NCBI GenBank assembly: GCA_044344255.1
Contig: JBIJDH010000027.1
Coordinates: forward strand, 1 to 64,000
Direction: 5' to 3'
Source of the DNA: Myxococcota bacterium
GTDB taxonomy: Bacteria > Myxococcota_A > UBA796 > UBA2385
Length of the DNA stretch: 64,000 nucleotides
How positions within the stretch are numbered: position 1 is the stretch's first letter; each line of letters opens with the position of its first letter. The notes under the pieces were generated by a model, which was not told the DNA's origin, did not search any database, and saw only the letters and a list, made by a program, of their open reading frames with translations. Below are positions 57,161 to 64,000 of this stretch, in pieces. The position numbers and the translations under genes are program-made.

Positions 57161-58651
57161 ATGAGACGCGCTGGCATTCTCCTTCACCCCACGAGCCTCC
57201 CGGGCGCAGGCCCCTGCGGAGATCTCGGCGACGGCGCGCTGCGCTTCCTCGACTGGCTGCACGCCGCAGGCTGCGGCTTGTGGCAGGTCCTCCCGCTGAA
57301 CCCGCCCGGGGCCGGCTTCTCCCCCTACGACAGCCCAGGGGCGATGGCCGCTGGCACGCACCTCCTCAGCGTCCACCGCCTCGTGCGGGACGGCCTGCTC
57401 AAGGCGGACGAGCTCGGCCAGCCCTCTCGCGGGGCCGGCTTGCCCGATCGGGTGGACGTCGATCGCCTCAAGGCCTGGCACGAGCCGCTGGTGGACACCG
57501 CCGCCGCGCGCCTCGCCGAGGGCGATCCCGGCGCCGTCGAGGCCTTCACCCAGTCCCAGCCCTGGGTGGCCGACTGGGCCCTCTACCGAGCCCTCCTCCG
57601 GTACCGCGGGGCCACGAGCTGGGCCGAGCTGTCCCCTGCCCTCCGCGACCGCGAGCCCGAGGCCCTCCAGCGGGCCCGTGAACAGTTCGACGCCGTGATC
57701 CGCCGAGAGGTAGCCGCCCAGCTCCTCTTCCGCCGTCAGTGGGGGGAGCTCCGCGCCGCCGCCGCAGAGCGGGGTGTCGCGATCATCGGCGACCTCCCGA
57801 TCTTCGTCTCCGGGGGCGGCTGCGACGTCTGGGCCAACCGCTCGCTCTTCCGCGGCGCGCAGGGAGAGGGCGGCGCCTGGTCCGCAGACCCCGTCACCGG
57901 CGTCCCGCCCGACTACTTCTCGCCGATGGGCCAGCGCTGGGGCAACCCCCACTACGCCTGGGAGGCCCACGAAGCTACCCGATACGCTTGGTGGAGTCAG
58001 CGCTTCCGGACCCTCTTTGACCTCTGTGACGAGGTGCGCGTCGACCACTTCCGCGGCTTCGCCGCCGCCTGGGAGATCCGCGCCCACAGCGACGACGCCC
58101 GCACCGGCGCCTGGGCTCCCGGTCCGGGCATCCGCCTCTTCGAGGCTGTCCGCGCCGCGATCGGCAAGCTGCCCCTCATCGCCGAAGATCTCGGGGTCAT
58201 CACGCCCGACGTCGAGGCCCTGCGCGACGGCCTCGGCCTCCCCGGCATGAAGATCCTCCAGTTTGCCTGGGGCGGCGGGGCAGATCACCCCTTCCGCCCC
58301 CACAACTGGCCGCACCCGCGCTGGGTCGCCTACACCGCCACTCACGACAATGACACTTGCCGCGGCTGGTACGCCTCCGCCCCCGCCGTCGAGCAGCACC
58401 GCTACCGCGTCTACTGCGGCCGAGACGGCGCCGAGCCCCACTGGGACCTCATCCGCCTCGCCTGGGCGAGCGTCGCCGAGCAGGCCATCGCGCCGCTGCA
58501 AGACGTGCTCGGCCTCGACAGCGACGCCCGCATGAACACCCCCGGCACGCTCACCGGCAACTGGACGTGGAGGGCCCCGTCTCTCCCCGACTGGGCGGCG
58601 ACCCGGCTGCGTGACCTCGGTGACAGTTATGGACGCTCTCTCCCAGCCTGA
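57161..58651 (+). CDS. malQ: 4-alpha-glucanotransferase (amylomaltase, GH77)
   Basis: RAGILLHPTSLP, WQVLPL, GDLPIFV, GVPPDYFS, RVDHFRG, IAEDLG, THDND and RMNTPG motifs. Confidence 0.96.
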   Translation: MRRAGILLHPTSLPGAGPCGDLGDGALRFLDWLHAAGCGLWQVLPLNPPGAGFSPYDSPGAMAAGTHLLSVHRLVRDGLLKADELGQPSRGAGLPDRVDVDRLKAWHEPLVDTAAARLAEGDPGAVEAFTQSQPWVADWALYRALLRYRGATSWAELSPALRDREPEALQRAREQFDAVIRREVAAQLLFRRQWGELRAAAAERGVAIIGDLPIFVSGGGCDVWANRSLFRGAQGEGGAWSADPVTGVPPDYFSPMGQRWGNPHYAWEAHEATRYAWWSQRFRTLFDLCDEVRVDHFRGFAAAWEIRAHSDDARTGAWAPGPGIRLFEAVRAAIGKLPLIAEDLGVITPDVEALRDGLGLPGMKILQFAWGGGADHPFRPHNWPHPRWVAYTATHDNDTCRGWYASAPAVEQHRYRVYCGRDGAEPHWDLIRLAWASVAEQAIAPLQDVLGLDSDARMNTPGTLTGNWTWRAPSLPDWAATRLRDLGDSYGRSLPA

Positions 58652-59177
58652 ACCCGACACCCGTGGCTATGGATCGCGCATGCTCAAAGGGCTCATCAAC
58701 CTCCCCTTCAAGGTGCTCGGCCGGGTCTCCCGGGCGGTCCAGGAGCGCCAGGACTCCGTCACCCAGGCGAAGTACGGTCGGGGTGATGAGCGGGACGACT
58801 GGGAAAAAGACGCGAACATCCCCGAGTTCGACACGCCGGCCGACTACGCGACCTCCTCCTTCCCCGCCAGCACAGCCGCCGTCCGCGGCTGGCTCAGCCT
58901 CCAGGATCCGCCCACGGTGCTGGTCGATGTGCGGCCGAGCGGGGTGCGCCGCACCGGGCGCGTCCGCGACACCGACCACATCCCCTTCGCCGCCATCCCG
59001 CTGCGCCTCTCCGAGCTCCCGCCCGAGGGCACCCGCATCGTCCTCTACTGCGACGACGGCGGCTTCAGCCGAGAGGCCACCCGCTTCATCCGCTTTCGTG
59101 GGATCGACGACGTCTGGTACCTCGAAGGTGGCCTCCAGGCCTGGAAGGCCGCCGGGGCCCCCGTGGTGGCCCTATGA
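58629..59177 (+). CDS. rhodanese-domain protein with N-terminal extension
   Basis: LVDVR, HIP, VLYCDDG and YLEGGLQAW motifs. Confidence 0.85.
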   Translation: MDALSQPEPDTRGYGSRMLKGLINLPFKVLGRVSRAVQERQDSVTQAKYGRGDERDDWEKDANIPEFDTPADYATSSFPASTAAVRGWLSLQDPPTVLVDVRPSGVRRTGRVRDTDHIPFAAIPLRLSELPPEGTRIVLYCDDGGFSREATRFIRFRGIDDVWYLEGGLQAWKAAGAPVVAL

Positions 59178-59791
59178 CCTCCGCCTCCACCCGGTCGCCT
59201 CGGCGCCTGCTGGGCGCTGCCCTGCTGGTGGTCCCGGTAGTGCTGGCCTGCAGCGGCAACTCCTGCAGCCGCCAGGCGGCGAAGGTGGTGCCCGCCCTCG
59301 AGAAGATGAACCCCGAGCTTGCCCTTGACCCCGTCGAGTGCGACAAGCCCATCACGACGCCGGCCCCCCGCGGCTGCGCGATGCAGACCATCACCTGCGG
59401 TGACGAGCTCACGGGTAACAACAGCTACGGTCGGTACAACTTCGACGACGACTTTTACAACTCGAAGTTCTGTACGCCGGAGCGGCACGACTATGACCAG
59501 TCCCCCGAGGCGATCTACCAGCTCAAGCTGCCCGCAAACGTCGAGGCCGACGTCTACCTCGTGAGCGACTGCGAAGAGCTGGACCTCGCCTCTGTCCAGT
59601 GGACGAGCGAGCAGCGCTGTCCGACGATCGATCACACAACTGGCCCCTGCGAGATGAACGCGAAGAAGGCCGGCGGCTCGATCCGCATCACCACCGTGGA
59701 CAAGCCCGAGACGCACCTCGTCATCGTCGATGGGAAGCGAGGCGCCACCGGTAACTTCCGCATCAAGGTGAGCTGCGGCACCTACCGCTGA
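59174..59791 (+). CDS. Cys-rich hypothetical lipoprotein (PPC-like beta domain)
   Basis: VLAC lipobox; ATGA overlap; C-terminal HLVIVDG...GNFRIKVSC. Confidence 0.72.
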   Translation: MTSASTRSPRRLLGAALLVVPVVLACSGNSCSRQAAKVVPALEKMNPELALDPVECDKPITTPAPRGCAMQTITCGDELTGNNSYGRYNFDDDFYNSKFCTPERHDYDQSPEAIYQLKLPANVEADVYLVSDCEELDLASVQWTSEQRCPTIDHTTGPCEMNAKKAGGSIRITTVDKPETHLVIVDGKRGATGNFRIKVSCGTYR

Positions 59792-59821
59792 GCAGCGGCA
59801 GACAGGAGCAGGGCCTCGGCC

Positions 59822-61393
59822 ATGGAACGCGCTCTCCAGCCCCTCGGCCGCGCCGCCGTGCCCGCGCTGCTCGGCGCCGCGATGCTTCCCTTGGGCCTCG
59901 GCCTCGCGCTCGGCCTCGGCTGGGGTGCGTGGCCCTTGCTGGTTGAGCTCGGCCTCGTCGGGGCCGGGCTCGGGGCCCTCCTCGGCGCCGGGGTCACCCG
60001 CCTGCGGCGGCGCACGACCCCCTCGGTGGCCCTCGCCCTGCCCTTGCTGGCGGCCGCGGCCGGCGTGACGAGCAACGCCCTCGCCCCCTCCGGCCCCGCC
60101 GTCATCCTGATCGTCGTCGACTGCCTGCGGGCCGACCGCCTCGACGACGATCGCCTGCCGCGGATGAGCGCCCTGGCGGCCGAGTCTTACACCTTCACCG
60201 AGGCGATCGCCCAGTCTTCGTGGACCCGCTCCTCGGTGCCCTCCCTGCTGAGCGGGCTGATGCCGACCCAGCACCGCCTGTACCGGATCCGCCCCCGGCC
60301 CGACCGCCTCCCCGACGAGGTCCGCCTCCTCTCTCAAGACCTCCAGGCCTCCGGCTACCTGACCGCCGGCTTCATCGAGCAGGCGCAGCTCGACCCCGCC
60401 TTCGGCTTTGACCGCGGCTTCGATCGGTACGGCGCCTCCGACGGCTTCGCCCGAAAGCTCACCCAGCGCTTCCTCCTGTGGAACCAGCTCACCCGCCGCC
60501 TCCCCCGCTTCGCCCACCTGCACCTGCTCGACGCCCACGGGCCCTACACCACCGGGAGGCGCCTCCGCGCGCCCAACCTCCCCCCCTCTGACCTGCCGAC
60601 CCAGCCCGCCGGCGCCTGGCGCAAGACCACCAAGGACATCCGGCGGGGTCGGATCGAGCCCAGCGCCGACGACTGGGCGCGCTTCTCCGGCCTCTACGAC
60701 GGCGAGCTGCGGATGCTGGACCGCCGCCTCGGCGAGACCCTCGACCGCCTCGAGGCCGACGGCACCCTCGACGCGGCCTGGCTCGTCTTCACCGCCGACC
60801 ACGGCGAGGCCTTCGGCGAGCACGGCCGCGGCGAGCACATGGGCCCTCCCTACGAGGAGGTGCTCCGTGTCCCGCTGTTCATCCGGCCGCCTGGCGGGCT
60901 CCCCGCGGCCCGCGTGATCGAGGCGCCCGTGCAGCACGTCGACGTCCTCCCCACCCTCCTCGGGGCCCTCTCGCTGCCGGCCCGCCCCGGCCTCGCCGGC
61001 CGCGACCTCCGCCCCCTCTTCTCGGGCGGCGCCGTGCCGCCGGTGCCCCTCATCGCCGAGGAGTGGGCCGCGAAGAAGCACCGCGTCTCGCTGCGATGGG
61101 GGGACTGGAAGCTGATCTTCCAGGGTGACGAGGCCGAGCTCTACGATCTCTCCCGTGATCCGCGAGAGCAGGTCGACCTCGCCGCCGAGGCGCCCGAGCG
61201 GCGCGCCGCCCTCGAGTCCATGCTCGCCACCTGGTTCGAGGCCGCCGCGTCCGGGCAGGCCCTGGCCGACGTCGACTGGGAGGCCGCCGCCGCCGCCGGC
61301 CGGCGCTGGCGGGGCGCGAAGGCCCGCTCGATCGACGCCGAGGTCTCCCCCGACATCCTCGAGCAGCTCGAGGCCATGGGCTACGTGGAGTAG
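59822..61393 (+). CDS. membrane-anchored sulfatase / alkaline-phosphatase-superfamily protein
   Basis: N-terminal TMs; IVVDCLRADRL, SSWTRSS, DAHGPY, YDGE, TADHGE, VPL and ELYDL..DP.E motifs. Confidence 0.88.
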   Translation: MERALQPLGRAAVPALLGAAMLPLGLGLALGLGWGAWPLLVELGLVGAGLGALLGAGVTRLRRRTTPSVALALPLLAAAAGVTSNALAPSGPAVILIVVDCLRADRLDDDRLPRMSALAAESYTFTEAIAQSSWTRSSVPSLLSGLMPTQHRLYRIRPRPDRLPDEVRLLSQDLQASGYLTAGFIEQAQLDPAFGFDRGFDRYGASDGFARKLTQRFLLWNQLTRRLPRFAHLHLLDAHGPYTTGRRLRAPNLPPSDLPTQPAGAWRKTTKDIRRGRIEPSADDWARFSGLYDGELRMLDRRLGETLDRLEADGTLDAAWLVFTADHGEAFGEHGRGEHMGPPYEEVLRVPLFIRPPGGLPAARVIEAPVQHVDVLPTLLGALSLPARPGLAGRDLRPLFSGGAVPPVPLIAEEWAAKKHRVSLRWGDWKLIFQGDEAELYDLSRDPREQVDLAAEAPERRAALESMLATWFEAAASGQALADVDWEAAAAAGRRWRGAKARSIDAEVSPDILEQLEAMGYVE

Positions 61394-61444
61394 GGACCTC
61401 GCTGCGGCCCTCCGCCTCCGGTGTGCCGATACCGGCGACCGCCT

Positions 61445-62764
61445 TCACCCCATCGCCGTCCGGTCGAGCGCAAAGGGACCGTCCGGGCCCCAAGAGAGGC
61501 CCCAGGGCAGGCGCTCGGCGGTGGGCCCCCCCGGAGAGCCGCTGCAGCCCATCACCCGGCCCTTCCCGTCTACGACGAGGAGCCGGTGGGCCTCATCGAC
61601 CTCCGGCACCTGAAAGGCCTGGAGCTGATCGTGAAGCACCCGCTCCGGCACGGGGTGGGGTCGGCTGCGGTTGCGTCGACGGAGCTCCGCCTCGGGCACC
61701 AGCAGCAGGACGAGCGTGACGAGCGCGCCATAATCGCGGCCGAGGGTGATGAGGGGCGCCCGCAGCTCCTCCCGGGTGTTGGTCGCGTCCCAGACCACCC
61801 GCTTGCCGGCCCGCAGCCCCACCCGGAGCTGCTCCCGGGCCGCCTGTCGGGCCTGTCCGCTGGCCGACTGGTCTCCCCGATGGGCGCCGAGCGCCTCGCG
61901 GAGGGCGTCGAGGGAGACGATGTGGCTCCCCGGGCCCTCGAGGTGGCGCTCGATGAAGGACGACTTTCCGCTCCCCGACGGGCCGACGAGCAGCACGAGC
62001 TCGGCGGGAGCGTCCGGCAGGGCGTGGGCGAGGTGCTGGTGGGCGAGGGGGTCCGGGATGCGCCCCGCGTGGTGGGCGAGGAGGGTCTCTCCCAGCATGA
62101 GCTCGGCCACGGCCGGCGGTCGGCCGGCGCAGAGGGCGCGGACGCGGTCGGTCCACTCCGCGAGCCAGCCCGGGGCGGCCTGCTCTTCGGAGAGGGCCGC
62201 GAACCACTCGATGTGGGCGACCTGCTCGGCCCGGTCCACGCAGCGCCGGCCCCGCATGTCGGCGAGCTCCACCGCCGCGAGGCCCGCCATGTCGGCCCGC
62301 CGACTGACCCGCCGCCAGTCCCCGGTCGGGCGGTCCTTGATGACGAGGAATTTCGGCTCGTGGTGGGAGCCCACGAGGCCCATGAGCCTCCACAGGGCGG
62401 GGAAAGGGAGCTCCGTCAGCAGGCGGTTCGCGAGGTAGGAGCGCCCGATCGCCTCGTGATGACGCGCGACCACCCGCGGTCGATCGCGGACGACCTCTGT
62501 GCGGGTGGTGACGGGCTTACCGATGTCATGCAGCGCAGCCCCGAGGATATACAGCGCCTGCGTCTCGACGGGGAGATCGGAGGGCAGATGCGCGTAGAGC
62601 GCGTCGAGCACCATCGCCGTATGAGTCGCGACGTCCCCCTCCGCGTGCCATTCGGGGTCCTGGGGGGTCTCGGCGAAGCGCTCCATCCACGGGAGGCGCA
62701 GCGCCGCGGTCATGGTGGCGAGATCAGGGCGGGCGCCGCCGAGGAGCGCGGTCCAGAGCTTCAT
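61445..62764 (-). CDS. HD-domain phosphoesterase fused to P-loop polynucleotide kinase (HD-Pnk)
   Basis: HD domain: WHAEGDV..HT, LHDIGK, HH, ADMRGR. Kinase: GPSGSGKS, SLDALR, DATN, RNRSR..VP. Confidence 0.88.
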   Translation of the reverse strand: MKLWTALLGGARPDLATMTAALRLPWMERFAETPQDPEWHAEGDVATHTAMVLDALYAHLPSDLPVETQALYILGAALHDIGKPVTTRTEVVRDRPRVVARHHEAIGRSYLANRLLTELPFPALWRLMGLVGSHHEPKFLVIKDRPTGDWRRVSRRADMAGLAAVELADMRGRRCVDRAEQVAHIEWFAALSEEQAAPGWLAEWTDRVRALCAGRPPAVAELMLGETLLAHHAGRIPDPLAHQHLAHALPDAPAELVLLVGPSGSGKSSFIERHLEGPGSHIVSLDALREALGAHRGDQSASGQARQAAREQLRVGLRAGKRVVWDATNTREELRAPLITLGRDYGALVTLVLLLVPEAELRRRNRSRPHPVPERVLHDQLQAFQVPEVDEAHRLLVVDGKGRVMGCSGSPGGPTAERLPWGLSWGPDGPFALDRTAMG

Positions 62765-63426
62765 CGCGCACCCCCGCTCGGGTCTATCAGGGCCAGTCGA
62801 TTGGGGATCACGGCGCGCTGCATCCAGTGCTGGTCGGTCTGGACGTGGCCGGGGCGCACCCACTTGGCGACGTGCTGGTCGAAGTCCTCATAGGCGAACC
62901 CTGCGGTGGTGCGCACGACCAGCCCCTCCTCCCGCCCGAGATCGAGAGACTGGCACAGCGCTCTCAGTCCCGCCTCGGTCCAGGGGCCCCGATAGAGCTC
63001 CCGCACCAGGTGCAGGCCGAGCAGCGCCGCCCACTCCCGGGTGTCATCCCAGGCGAGGCAGCGGTTCTGTGCGTCCCAGACGCTGAAGAGGAGAAAGTAG
63101 CTCGGCAGCGCATCATAGCCCAGCGAGTGCCGCGCGAAGAGGTTTTCGCCGCAGAGCCGCCAGCCCGGCGGGATGTCGGGGCCAAGCTGCGCGGCCAGGG
63201 CCTTCACCCAGGCGCGGCTCGGGTGGTGGGCGGAGTCCACCGAGCGGGCGTGGACACCGTCGGGGTGGATGGTGGTGTTCTCACCATCCATCTTCTCGGT
63301 GACCACCACCTCGCCTCCCTGGAGGGCGCGCGAGGGCGTGGTGACGAGGTCATCCGCCGCGCGGCCGGGCGACCAGGGCAGGTGCGGCGTGCGCGGGTAC
63401 TTGGGGCGGGTCATGGGAGAGGCCAT
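62761..63426 (-). CDS. ATP-dependent RNA ligase family protein
   Basis: KYPRTPHLPWS, TEKMDGEN (KxDG), CGEN, FLLFSVW, EEGLVVR and AKWVR motifs. The start may be 63414. Confidence 0.9.
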   Translation of the reverse strand: MASPMTRPKYPRTPHLPWSPGRAADDLVTTPSRALQGGEVVVTEKMDGENTTIHPDGVHARSVDSAHHPSRAWVKALAAQLGPDIPPGWRLCGENLFARHSLGYDALPSYFLLFSVWDAQNRCLAWDDTREWAALLGLHLVRELYRGPWTEAGLRALCQSLDLGREEGLVVRTTAGFAYEDFDQHVAKWVRPGHVQTDQHWMQRAVIPNRLALIDPSGGAR

Positions 63427-63512
63427 CGGCGCCTTCGGGGCGCGGCACGGGGCGAAGGATGGAACACATACTATCGCCCATTCTCGAGCCCCGACCCACC
63501 GGCCGCGGCTCC

Positions 63513-63551
63513 CTGTCGGTGCGCCCTGTCAGTGCTCTCTGTCAGTGCGCC
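63513..63551. repeat. 13-bp tandem repeat x3 overlapping a stop codon
   Basis: Units read ctgtcggtgcgcc / ctgtcagtgctct / ctgtcagtgcgcc. Confidence 0.7.
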
Positions 63552-64000
63552 GCGACGTAGGCGCGCACCTGCGCCGGGCGGTCGAGGAGCCACTGCTCGA
63601 AGCAGGCCGACTTCTTGTCGAAGGTCTCGACGCCCCAGGGCCAGCGGGGGTCGGCCTCCACGGAGGGCCGGAGGCGGGCGGCGGTCTCGGCCGCGTACGC
63701 AGCGAGGCCCTCCGCCTCGATGAGGTCGGCCAGGAGGCTCATCTCGGCGCGGACGTCGGCCCAACAGGCGGCGTTGCCGCGGCACCAGACCGCGAGGTAG
63801 GCGCCCGGATCCCGCGTGAGGTTGTCAAAGTACCCGGGCTCGCAGGGGCGGTCTTCGTCGGGGGGGTAGCTGTAGCTGAACGTGGAGTCTGCCCCCCAGG
63901 GGGACAGGCTCACCTGGTCCGTCGTCGGGTCGTGATAGACGTAGTAGTTATTCCGGTTGTATCCGTAGCTGTCGGAGTGGTTGACCACCCGCTCGAGGGC
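63542..64000 (-). CDS. CotH kinase family protein, C-terminal part (runs off the window)
   Basis: NHSDSY...NNYYVY...PWGADSTF resembles the CotH D...N.Y...PWDxD motifs; C-terminal WLxxR. Confidence 0.75.
   Translation of the reverse strand, partial: ALERVVNHSDSYGYNRNNYYVYHDPTTDQVSLSPWGADSTFSYSYPPDEDRPCEPGYFDNLTRDPGAYLAVWCRGNAACWADVRAEMSLLADLIEAEGLAAYAAETAARLRPSVEADPRWPWGVETFDKKSACFEQWLLDRPAQVRAYVAAH

Noticed and set aside
59045..61081. 678-aa minus-strand ORF (likewise 8107..10059 +, 52152..54176 + and 44261..45760 -)
   Set aside because: These are shadows of well-supported genes on the opposite strand.

Overview
This is a very GC-rich, gene-dense stretch of bacterial chromosome, most likely Myxococcota or a related deltaproteobacterium. 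That call rests on a MYXO-CTERM-tailed protein, FG-GAP and Cys-Asp metal-binding-motif lipoproteins, a DUF4388/J-domain/TPR protein and the ccsA-hemA-hemC order. About 60 CDSs are supportable. Housekeeping genes include holB-tatD, sppA, ppiD, trxA, ccsA-hemA-hemC-hemD, polA, malQ and a HIT protein. There are also many peptidases (M28, M18, an M16 pair, M48, S49), redox and lipid enzymes, an ECF sigma/anti-sigma locus and many lipoproteins. I found no rRNA, tRNA, CRISPR array, integrase or transposase. The most notable signals are: a translationally coupled RNA ligase plus HD-polynucleotide kinase pair (candidate RNA repair module); an orphan, divergent MreB paralog with an actin-like Gln at the catalytic Glu position; two small basic proteins missed by the ORF track; a structured ~200-nt leader or ncRNA beside a perfect 16-bp palindrome; an anti-sigma factor with five ~31-aa repeats paired with an N-terminally extended ECF sigma; a sigma54 promoter; a pseudokinase; a probable CTG start codon; and recurring short tandem duplications at gene 3' ends. 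All family assignments come from motif recognition by eye. No database searches were run.
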